Below are positions 56,190-64,000 of a DNA stretch of 64,000 nucleotides, one piece after another. Both the position numbers and the translations under genes were made by a program. This DNA comes from an uncultured Melioribacter sp. (GTDB lineage Bacteria; Bacteroidota; Ignavibacteria; Kapaibacteriales; Kapaibacteriaceae): contig CAYXKK010000002.1 in NCBI GenBank assembly GCA_964465685.1, forward strand, positions 106,852-170,851, read 5' to 3'. Position 1 is the stretch's first letter, and each line of letters opens with the position of its first letter. The notes under the pieces are model-generated. The model saw nothing but the letters and a program-made list of their open reading frames with translations. It was not told the origin of the DNA and did no database searches.

Positions 56190-57736
56190 CGTTCGAAGCC
56201 GCCTGGTACGTAGCGCGTGCGTGGCTGCTGTGTTACACGCCATGTCACGCGTGTTGCAAGTCGTGCGATGTTGCTCAGATCGTCGAGGTTAATCTTCTCG
56301 ACATGATCTGTGATCTTGTGGTAGTCTGCATGCTCGCCAGTGAAGAAGAAGATCACCGGGATGCGACGTCGTGCGAATGAAGCTTGATCACTGCGGAAGA
56401 AGTACCGCTCGATATCATAGGCAAGCGTCATAGGACGTTCAAGCGCGGCATTTTCCTGCTCATTGATTGCGATCATGTCCGGACAGCGTTCATTGCCGCC
56501 GATCGAGAGCTTGTTGTTTTCGCAGCGACCGATCATATCCATGTTCACCATTGCCACGCATGAGTCAAGGGGCAAGGGCGATGCGTCAACATAGGCGCGA
56601 GAGCCGAGGAGTCCCTTTTCCTCCCCAGAAAACGCAACGAACACAACACTACGGTCTGTACGCTGCGACGATGTTGCGAGTGCTTCGGCGGCCATCAGCA
56701 ATCCTGTTGTGCCCGACGCATTATCATCAGCACCATTGAACACGGTATCCGGATTATCACCCAGCTTACTCACACCAATGTGGTCATAGTGCGCTCCCAT
56801 TACAGCATACTCGTGCGGAACACGCGCACCACGAAGTCGTGCGTGGACGTTGCGCACGGGAACTTGCTCGCGGGCAATCTTGACAACGCACGAGAACCGT
56901 GCATCTGGAAGTACACGCGATGCAGGCGCGAGAGTTGAATCGAGTTGCAGCGTCAATGCCTTGACGGCACCAACAGAGTCGAGCAGGAATTCGACGACAC
57001 GTTCGCCGACGTGTACGCATGGGAGTGAGCGCGTTGTATCTGGAAGTTGCAATGGACGTGAATCGCCACGCTTCGAGTTCTTGCTAACCGATGCCCATGG
57101 GAAACCCGTCACGAAGGGCTTGCGTGGTGCTCGGATCGCATCGACTACCATGATGCCCACTGCGCCGTGCTTGCGAGCATTCTCGATCTTCGATCGCAAT
57201 GTGCTGTACCATGTGAACTGCTTGCCACGGAACTTCGATGTATCGGCGTTCTCAGGTTCACCACGAAGAATCAGAACAACGGCTCCTGTGGCATCGATCG
57301 ATGCGTAATCATCGTATGAATACTCGGGAGCTGTGATGCCAAACCCAGCGAACACTATCGGCGCATTGCTAAGCGTCGCGTCGCCTGTTTCTTCAAATGG
57401 CATAAAGTCAGTTTTGATTGTTGCATCAAGCGTGCGATTGCCTCGAGAAATCGTCGCGGTGCACGGGAGTTGGAGATCGAGTCGCTCCAGATTGTAGTGG
57501 TGGAAGTACGAACCTCCAACCGGCTCCAGGCCGAGATCGCGAAATCGCTGGGCGATGTATTCGGCAGACATCTCGAGTTCCCGCGATGGAGTGTCTCGCC
57601 CCTTCATCGAATCGGCAGCGAGCACCTCAATGTGTTGACTGGCGCGCATACGTGTAAAGCGCGCATCAGCATCTGCTGGAAACGGACGTGGTTCGCCGAG
57701 TGTAACGAGTGCAAGTGCACAGAGGAGAAGCATCAT
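56186..57736 (-). CDS. M28 family zinc peptidase with PA domain, secreted
   Basis: 516 aa with a signal peptide, a PA domain and an M28 catalytic core ('AHYDHIG', 'DDNASGTTGLL', 'FVAFSGEEKGLLGS'). Confidence 0.8.
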   Translation of the reverse strand: MMLLLCALALVTLGEPRPFPADADARFTRMRASQHIEVLAADSMKGRDTPSRELEMSAEYIAQRFRDLGLEPVGGSYFHHYNLERLDLQLPCTATISRGNRTLDATIKTDFMPFEETGDATLSNAPIVFAGFGITAPEYSYDDYASIDATGAVVLILRGEPENADTSKFRGKQFTWYSTLRSKIENARKHGAVGIMVVDAIRAPRKPFVTGFPWASVSKNSKRGDSRPLQLPDTTRSLPCVHVGERVVEFLLDSVGAVKALTLQLDSTLAPASRVLPDARFSCVVKIAREQVPVRNVHARLRGARVPHEYAVMGAHYDHIGVSKLGDNPDTVFNGADDNASGTTGLLMAAEALATSSQRTDRSVVFVAFSGEEKGLLGSRAYVDASPLPLDSCVAMVNMDMIGRCENNKLSIGGNERCPDMIAINEQENAALERPMTLAYDIERYFFRSDQASFARRRIPVIFFFTGEHADYHKITDHVEKINLDDLSNIARLATRVTWRVTQQPRTRYVPGGFER

Positions 57737-58152
57737 ACTGGGAGGTTGTACGTGATCATAACATGCATCCCGGGATCACCCGGACGGAATTCAACGGCAT
57801 CAGCAAGTTGGCGAATGAGAAAGACACCTCGACCTCCCTCACGAAGAACATTCTCTGGAAGTCGTGGGTCGGGCACCTGATCCGGGTCGAATCCCATACC
57901 GTAGTCACGCACGACAATCGTGACATTGCTATCGGTGGTGTGCACCTCAACATCGACCATCACATCGCCACGACATCCGTGGGCGTGTATGATGGCGTTG
58001 TTCACAGCCTCGGTAATCGCAACATGCAGATCATGCAGCCGCTGCGGTCCAAGACGCACAAGTTCCTGAATCGACTCGAGGAAGGGGCCCACAACAGCGA
58101 TGCTCTGTCGCTCACTCGGCACACGAAGTGCGTATGTATGTCGGCTACTCAT
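57733..58152 (-). CDS. anti-sigma regulatory factor / Ser-protein kinase (RsbW/SpoIIAB-like HATPase_c)
   Basis: 139 aa with N-box 'EAVNNAIIHA', G1 'VRDYGMGF' and G2 'GGRGVFLIRQL'. It overlaps both flanking genes by 4 nt. Confidence 0.7.
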   Translation of the reverse strand: MSSRHTYALRVPSERQSIAVVGPFLESIQELVRLGPQRLHDLHVAITEAVNNAIIHAHGCRGDVMVDVEVHTTDSNVTIVVRDYGMGFDPDQVPDPRLPENVLREGGRGVFLIRQLADAVEFRPGDPGMHVMITYNLPV

Positions 58153-58155
58153 GCG

Positions 58156-60081
58156 CTACAGGCGAACAACCGTTCGCAACAAAAGATTCGGTAGTTCACG
58201 TCGTTGAGAGACATTGATCGTTTGAAACTCGTACCAACCTGAAAGTGAAAGTGTCGACCCACCAGGCGTGGTGTACCGGAGTGCCATTTCGGGCCCAATC
58301 GACTTCGTCGATCCATTAAGCCCGCCCACCAGCAGGGATGTTTGTTCCAGCGTGTACAGGCGTATGCCTGCACCAACACTCCAAGCCTGCGAAGGGGCCG
58401 AAAAAATAAGGACTTTCGCGAGGTACTCAAGATTTCCTGTTTCTGGACGCTCAGCAAAGCTCGACCATACAAGCGTGGCACGCTCGAAGTATCGGAAGAG
58501 GAGCGGAGCTTCAACCGACAGCGTCGGCGAGAGGCGGACGCGAATCGAATCGCGATACGAGAGCTGACGAAACGAAAACGACCGCACCGATGATGCGACT
58601 CCTTCGAAATCATACGCCGTGTAGTTCGCAAGGATTTCGAACTGCGGACGAAGCTGGACGTGCTGCGTGGTGAAGATGAACGACGGCGAGAGGCGCAGAA
58701 CGCGATTCACGTTGTTAAGCGCACTTCGTGATGCTTTCAAGAACACTAAATGCAGATACTGTCCGGAGAGACTCAGATTCATTGAGAGTGAGGAACTCAG
58801 AGCAACGCCATATGACAGCGTCGCAACTGTTGCGAGCTCGTCACGGTCATCATCATTGGTTGCACTTGGGGTATCATACCGCACCAACCATCCCGTTACA
58901 TCAGCGCGGAGTGTATCACGTGGCGTCAGGAGCCACGAGGCCGATCCATACAAGCGCGTTCGCAGCGTCTGATTATCGCGCTGCAGCTCCTGCAATCGAA
59001 CACTTTGCACGTCCTGATCGGACGCACCATGGACGTTCTGCACGCCATTGAGTTCGCTCCGCTGGAAGATCGATCCACCACCAGTGACTGTCACTGTGCG
59101 CGAAACAACCGTCATGTAGCCCTCAATATCGACTACTAACTCGCGGAGTTGACGTTCAACGAAACTGAGTGGCAGTGCTGCCACAGGCGTCGCGTATGCG
59201 CGGTCGACAGCTCCAGATGTGATCGACGATCGCAGGTTCACTGAGAGCGCATCCGTTACTGCGTATACGATGTCGGCGCTGGCGGCGAGGCGACGCTCGG
59301 AACGCTGTTCCACATCAAGGACCGCATTCTGCGTAAGCGTAGTAAAAAACTGGCGTCCGAGATTGATCGATTCGACCGAGAGGCGCAGCGTAGACCCCTC
59401 TGACAACGAACGCGAGAGACTCGTACGAACCTCTAGGTCGGAGTTCTGGCGCTGCGCATCGAGTCGCTGCCAGTCGGCAATGCCGTCTGCCGAGATCACC
59501 CATTGATCGACATCCAGATCCATAATCCGTCCGCTGATCCCTGCCAGGGGGCCCGAAGCCGTTACCCCCAGCTGCGACGAACGTTCCGCACCGGCAAGCA
59601 CCTCGACCCATATCGACTCGTCAGGGGCAAATCGCACCCCTCCCGCAACGTTGAGTCGCTCTAGCTCATTCAGTCCGATACTCCTCGAATCCGAGGAAAC
59701 AATCCACCCCTGGCGCACTATCGCCTGTAGTGTCGAGCTCAATGGATGTAACCAAGAGCCCTGCCAGACTTGATCATCGCGCGTTGCGAGCGTACTTGTA
59801 CGGAACGCAGACGATCTGTACTGGTTAACAAATCGAAGAAATCCGACCTCGGTCTGCACCCCGATATCGGCATTCCCGACCCATACAAACGTGTTCGTAA
59901 TCTTATCTACACCGAACTCGATTCCACGTCCGTATGGAGCCTCTCTAGCCTGTAATAAAGGGGAAATCTGCTGTGCGCGCACATTCGATACTACACCCAA
60001 AACACACAGAATCACGACCCCGACTGCCGCAATCCAGGACCCCGAATACGACCAAAACACGTCAAAATACCGATGTAACAA
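58156..60081 (-). CDS. large hypothetical outer-membrane beta-barrel-like protein
   Basis: The ORF runs to 60399, but a signal peptide 'WIAAVGVVILCVLGVVSNVRAQQ' appears only at about residue 120, so the start is probably the TTG/GTG near 60081-60060. The mature ~620-aa protein has amphipathic beta-strand patterning and no motif I recognise. Confidence 0.5.
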   Translation of the reverse strand: MLHRYFDVFWSYSGSWIAAVGVVILCVLGVVSNVRAQQISPLLQAREAPYGRGIEFGVDKITNTFVWVGNADIGVQTEVGFLRFVNQYRSSAFRTSTLATRDDQVWQGSWLHPLSSTLQAIVRQGWIVSSDSRSIGLNELERLNVAGGVRFAPDESIWVEVLAGAERSSQLGVTASGPLAGISGRIMDLDVDQWVISADGIADWQRLDAQRQNSDLEVRTSLSRSLSEGSTLRLSVESINLGRQFFTTLTQNAVLDVEQRSERRLAASADIVYAVTDALSVNLRSSITSGAVDRAYATPVAALPLSFVERQLRELVVDIEGYMTVVSRTVTVTGGGSIFQRSELNGVQNVHGASDQDVQSVRLQELQRDNQTLRTRLYGSASWLLTPRDTLRADVTGWLVRYDTPSATNDDDRDELATVATLSYGVALSSSLSMNLSLSGQYLHLVFLKASRSALNNVNRVLRLSPSFIFTTQHVQLRPQFEILANYTAYDFEGVASSVRSFSFRQLSYRDSIRVRLSPTLSVEAPLLFRYFERATLVWSSFAERPETGNLEYLAKVLIFSAPSQAWSVGAGIRLYTLEQTSLLVGGLNGSTKSIGPEMALRYTTPGGSTLSLSGWYEFQTINVSQRRELPNLLLRTVVRL

Positions 60082-60166
60082 ATCGAGGTGTTTCGTTCCT
60101 GTTTTGACAACGCCCACCGATACTTTGCAACTGCCAACCACTTGTAACACAACCCCAGCTAGTGAA

Positions 60167-61279
60167 ATGGACCCACAACCACGCGCAATGCTCGTCGTCG
60201 AGTCCGACCCAGAGCGCCGGATTCGACTCGCTGAGGCTCTAAGCAAGCAGCATGTTGCAGTTCTATTTGCTGAAGACGTTGCAGCAGCGGAATCGATCGT
60301 TACGCGAAAGCGTGTAGCGGCGGTCGTCATAGGTGCACAGGTCGGCGACCACGGATCGATCCGTGAACGCTTGTGCATACATGGGCTAGATGTTGACACG
60401 CCGATCCTTCTCCTGGACGAATACTCTGCAGACGTACCGCTGGAATTCCCGTCGGAGCCTACAGGAGCTCTGTACGAGCATTCAACAACGGATGTAGCAA
60501 CGGGAGGTTCTGAAGCTCAAGTATCGCTGCTCTATGCCCTGCCGCACGAATATCGCACTCCGCTAACGGACATCATCGGACAATCGGCAATGCTCCAAGA
60601 TCACGCCAGCGACATGACGTCTGAGGAAATCCAAGAATCCACTAGCGACATTCTTCGCTCGGCGCGACGGCTTCTCCGCATCACCGACAATTTCCTGCTC
60701 TTTGCTCAACTTGAGACGCTTGGCGAAAGCCCCTATCATGTTAAGCGCATGCGGCAGTATTCTACGCCTTGCGCAGGAAGTGTGATCAGCGATGTCGTGC
60801 GGGAGCGCACCCTTGCACGAGAGCGTGGCTCTGATGTTACCCTACACAACATCTGTCATGGAGTCACCGCACGAATACTGCCTCAATATCTCGGCAACAT
60901 CGTCGGGGAAATCGTCGACAACGCGTGTGCATTTAGTGACTCTGGCAAGCCTATCTGCGTAGCTATGGACTGGGACGATACATCGTACACCATTCGCGTG
61001 ACCGACTCGGGTGTTGGGATGTCGGATGACGAATGTGCTTCGATCGGACCCTATCGGCAGTTTCGCAGGAACCAGCAGGAACAGCAAGGCGTCGGACTAG
61101 GTCTGGTGATTGCGAAACGGCTAACGGAACTTCACGGAGGCATCCTCACTCTTCACTCCGTCCAACACGTGGGAACGACTGTTATTGTGTCGCTCCCACG
61201 TGCAGACGTACGCGTGTCGCATCATGTGGGTATGCACATTAGCGTACCTCCGACACAGATTGCTCTGGCATGTGCTTGA
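60167..61279 (+). CDS. cytoplasmic histidine kinase with N-terminal pseudo-receiver domain
   Basis: ATG at 60167 (MDPQPRAMLVVESDPERR...). The REC-like fold lacks the phospho-acceptor Asp ('VAAVVIGAQVGDHG'). It is followed by HisKA 'LPHEYRTPLTDIIGQS' and HATPase_c (N-box 'IVDNACAFSD', 'VTDSGVGM', 'GVGLGLVIAKRL'). No TM segment. Confidence 0.75.
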   Translation: MDPQPRAMLVVESDPERRIRLAEALSKQHVAVLFAEDVAAAESIVTRKRVAAVVIGAQVGDHGSIRERLCIHGLDVDTPILLLDEYSADVPLEFPSEPTGALYEHSTTDVATGGSEAQVSLLYALPHEYRTPLTDIIGQSAMLQDHASDMTSEEIQESTSDILRSARRLLRITDNFLLFAQLETLGESPYHVKRMRQYSTPCAGSVISDVVRERTLARERGSDVTLHNICHGVTARILPQYLGNIVGEIVDNACAFSDSGKPICVAMDWDDTSYTIRVTDSGVGMSDDECASIGPYRQFRRNQQEQQGVGLGLVIAKRLTELHGGILTLHSVQHVGTTVIVSLPRADVRVSHHVGMHISVPPTQIALACA

Positions 61280-61832
61280 CGTTGTAAACAGTGCCGAAAC
61301 TTGTCGCGTGCACGGCGTTGTCGCTCACGTGAAACGCGTACGAGCTCGCACACAGTGCTGATGTTGGATGTGGTTGGATCGAGAGCTTCCCACCGCCCTT
61401 TTCAGTAATCCACGACATCATCATCCCACGCTTGAACACGTGCGTTGATGTTGGCGACGAGACAGCCGGGAGCTCAGACATGTATGGATACAGTCCCGTT
61501 CCTGCATGATGGCGCGCAATCGCCGTGTAGATGTGCCTGTAAAATGTCTCACCCAGGATCGCCCCCTGAATCATTGATCGGTCAGCGACAACGACACGCT
61601 CAAGGAATACTTCACAAACTCCAGCCGATGTGCGAATTGAATACTCAGCCACCACCGGGATCTTCTTCCCCGTACTCAGCGGTACCTGCTCTACCGGAAT
61701 CGACTGCGCCGCCCAAATCGAACCGCGCTCTTCGGTCATTAGCTGCTGAGAACTCTCAACTTGTCCAACCCCCTGTTGCGTGTTAATCACACATGCGATC
61801 GCAACGGCGAATAGTAGTGCAACGTGCTTCAT
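61239..61832 (-). CDS. hypothetical secreted protein
   Basis: Internal ATG with signal peptide 'MKHVALLFAVAIACVINTQQGVGQ'. No motif was recognised. Its 3' end overlaps the kinase gene 3' end by about 40 nt (convergent). Confidence 0.45.
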   Translation of the reverse strand: MKHVALLFAVAIACVINTQQGVGQVESSQQLMTEERGSIWAAQSIPVEQVPLSTGKKIPVVAEYSIRTSAGVCEVFLERVVVADRSMIQGAILGETFYRHIYTAIARHHAGTGLYPYMSELPAVSSPTSTHVFKRGMMMSWITEKGGGKLSIQPHPTSALCASSYAFHVSDNAVHATSFGTVYNVKHMPEQSVSEVR

Positions 61833-61991
61833 ACAACCACCTTGGAAAATGAGATATGCAATCGAGACTCGATGTCTCGATGAAAACATACTCACAAATA
61901 CGTAGGTAGAAACACGTACGACAACATTTGACATAGCATGCACATCCATGACATCTGCTGTGCCATGAAAAACGCCTCAGATGTGCGTGAT

Positions 61992-64000
61992 TTACAACTG
62001 CTCTAACCGCGCAAACGCTACCATCAGCTGCTTCCGCTGTCCGTTATCGAAGAGCACTGTAGCCTTCTCGGACTGCCCTGTACCGCTAACTGCGCTGACG
62101 GTTCCACTACCAAACATTGGGTGCTTTACGCGTTGTCCTACCTTGAGTGTTGTTGGACCGCTTGGTGCTGGACCTTGCACTCCGCGCTTGGTTGGCTGCG
62201 ATGCGCTTGTGTATCGCTTCGGCATCGGAAGCTGCGAATACGATGATCCGCCTGCGTCTTGCGCATACGGATTGTGTCTCTGTTGTTGCGATTGCTGTGA
62301 TGCACCACTGCGTTGCGGCGTTTGAGATGGCGACGAGCCGGCCATACTTCGCGCAGAAGGGGCGAGCGTTTCTTTGTCGATCTCACCGAGGAACATCGAA
62401 GGACGTGAGAAGACGAGTTCGCCGAAGCGGTAGCGACGTTCTGCATAGGCGAGTATCAGCTGCTCGCGAGCACGCGTAATGCCCACGTAGAGCAAGCGTC
62501 GCTCCTCCTCTTGTTCCGACATGTCGGTCTCGGCCTTCGCGAGCGGGAACAGTCCTTGCTCAAGTCCGGCGATCACAACAAGCGGGAATTCAAGCCCCTT
62601 CGCAGCATGCATCGTCATCATCGAGATGCGCTCTGTACCAAGCTGCGGATCATCAGCGTCACTGAGCAACGAGATCTGCTCGAGATAGGTAACCAACGTC
62701 ATCTGATCGTCAAGCTCTTGCTGCTCGGCGACGTGGTCGAGCAGCCGCTCGATATTGTTCCATCGATCGAGCGCCTCTTCCGACTGTTGCACGCGATACA
62801 TTTGGGGCAACCCTGTTGCTTCGATGTATGCCTGTGCAAGCGACGCCGGTGCTAGCTCGTTGAGCATGTCCTGATAGCGCTTGATAATGCCAACGAAGTC
62901 CTGCACAGCCTTGATGGTGCGTGCCTGCATCATGGGCACGGATTCGATCGAAGACAGCACCTCGAAGATTGGCGTCGACGTCCGTAGCGCGAATTCCTGT
63001 ACACGCTCAAGCGTTGTAGCACCGATCCCACGCGTCGGTTCGTTGATGATGCGGAGTATACTCTCTGTGTCGTTGGGGTTGACGAGCAAACGCAAGTATG
63101 CGAGGACATCCTTGACTTCCTTGCGCTTATAGAAGCTCACGCCACTCACAATGTGGTACGGCGTGTTGGAGCGACGAAGCGCGTCTTCAAGAGCTTGCGA
63201 CTGCGCATTCGTGCGATAGAGAATCGCAACGTCCTTGTGTGAGTAACCATACTTGGCTACGCGCGCAGCGATAGCTCGCGCAATCATGTCGGCTTCTTCA
63301 CGATCGTCACGACATGCCAGCACAGTGATCTTCTCACCCTCTGGATTATCGGTAAACAGCGTCTTCTTGAGCTGCGTTGTATTGCGCTTAATCACACTGT
63401 CGGCAGCGGCAAGGATCGTTTTGGTGGAACGATAGTTCTGCTCGAGGCGCACCACCGTTGCTTCTGGATAATCGCGCTCGAAGTCGAGGATGTTGCGAAT
63501 GTCTGCTCCGCGCCACCGGTAAATGCTCTGCGCGTCGTCACCCACAACACAGATGTGTCGGTACTTCTGCGCGAGCATGCGCACCACGTGATACTGCGCA
63601 CGGTTCGTGTCTTGATACTCGTCGACCATCAGATATCGGAAGCGATCTTGCAGGAGCTCGAGCACATCGGGATGATGTTCAAGCAACTTGATGGTGTTCA
63701 ACAGCAAGTCGTCGAAGTCCATCGCATTGGCTTGCGCAAGGCGCTTTTCGTATTCTTCGAAGATCTGTCCGGTCTGCTTCTCAGCAATAGAGTCGGCATT
63801 TCGCGAATACTCTTGCCACGAGATCATCGAGTTCTTTGCGCCGGAGATGCGCGATTTCACACCATTCGGCGGGAGTACTTGCTGCGATACACCGAGCTGA
63901 TTCATCACGGCCTTGATGGCCGCCGTTTGATCGTCGGTGTCGTAGATGGTAAACGACGATGTATAGCCGATACGATCAGCGTACTGACGCAGAATTCGTG
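61992..64000 (-). CDS. UvrD/PcrA/Rep family DNA helicase (C-terminal ~670 aa; N-terminus beyond window end)
   Basis: The frame is open to the window edge. The translation contains helicase motifs III-VI ('MVDEYQDTN', 'VVGDDAQSIYRWRGA', 'LEQNYRS', 'MTMHAAKGLEFPLVVI', 'LLYVGITRAREQL') and a UvrD-type C-terminal Tudor-like tail. It has no C-terminal nuclease domain, so it is not AddA. Confidence 0.9.
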   Translation of the reverse strand, partial: RILRQYADRIGYTSSFTIYDTDDQTAAIKAVMNQLGVSQQVLPPNGVKSRISGAKNSMISWQEYSRNADSIAEKQTGQIFEEYEKRLAQANAMDFDDLLLNTIKLLEHHPDVLELLQDRFRYLMVDEYQDTNRAQYHVVRMLAQKYRHICVVGDDAQSIYRWRGADIRNILDFERDYPEATVVRLEQNYRSTKTILAAADSVIKRNTTQLKKTLFTDNPEGEKITVLACRDDREEADMIARAIAARVAKYGYSHKDVAILYRTNAQSQALEDALRRSNTPYHIVSGVSFYKRKEVKDVLAYLRLLVNPNDTESILRIINEPTRGIGATTLERVQEFALRTSTPIFEVLSSIESVPMMQARTIKAVQDFVGIIKRYQDMLNELAPASLAQAYIEATGLPQMYRVQQSEEALDRWNNIERLLDHVAEQQELDDQMTLVTYLEQISLLSDADDPQLGTERISMMTMHAAKGLEFPLVVIAGLEQGLFPLAKAETDMSEQEEERRLLYVGITRAREQLILAYAERRYRFGELVFSRPSMFLGEIDKETLAPSARSMAGSSPSQTPQRSGASQQSQQQRHNPYAQDAGGSSYSQLPMPKRYTSASQPTKRGVQGPAPSGPTTLKVGQRVKHPMFGSGTVSAVSGTGQSEKATVLFDNGQRKQLMVAFARLEQL

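Noticed and set aside
60082-60166. Possible sigma-54 promoter (TTGCAACTGCCAACCACTTGTAAC) in the divergent OMP/histidine-kinase intergenic region
   Set aside because: The GG-N10-GC spacing and consensus (TGGCAC-N5-TTGC) are not satisfied. It was kept out of the feature list.
1-64000. CRISPR arrays, IS elements/transposases, integrases, prophage or restriction-modification genes
   Set aside because: Scanning found no run of regularly spaced direct repeats and no transposase- or integrase-like translation in any frame. Intergenic space is too small (largest gap about 170 bp) to hide such elements.

Overview
This 64-kb window of a high-GC bacterial chromosome is almost entirely coding: about 55 genes, small intergenic gaps and several start/stop overlaps of the ATGA type. 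I found no CRISPR array, IS element, integrase, prophage or rRNA. Most genes are housekeeping or cell-envelope genes: dnaB (partial), murA, rng-dxr-rseP-surE, hmgA, rpsA, folC, purH, ribE, one tRNA-Arg(UCU) and a partial UvrD/PcrA helicase. An envelope block carries LptF/G, FtsX, an LCP protein, a TonB-dependent receptor, outer-membrane proteins and lipoproteins. An ~11-kb glycan-biosynthesis locus carries a MOP flippase, a heparinase II/III-like protein, an AsnB amidotransferase, a GT4, FkbM and class-I methyltransferases, a LytTR regulator and an AEC transporter. A secreted Kelch/L-type-lectin protein ends in a T9SS-type C-terminal sorting domain, which suggests an FCB-group organism (Bacteroidota/Rhodothermota/Chlorobi-like). 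I did not find one clear-cut novel system, but several items deserve a second look. The strongest is a PAS-domain::UbiA-family prenyltransferase fusion. The others are an orphan PaaA-like di-iron oxygenase in a cassette with an HmuY-like lipoprotein and a vanadium-haloperoxidase/PAP2 protein; a LonC-type Lon-like protease (Walker A lysine replaced) overlapping an orphan AddB-like Fe-S nuclease; a bacterial SET-domain protein with an N-terminal Cys/His cluster; an EnvC-like M23 peptidase with no canonical in-frame start codon; an OMP/RsbW-like kinase/M28 peptidase operon facing a pseudo-receiver histidine kinase; and an RNase G with a poly-Asp insertion. Family calls come from motifs I recognise in the translations; no database search was possible. 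Some internal start coordinates may be off by a base or two.
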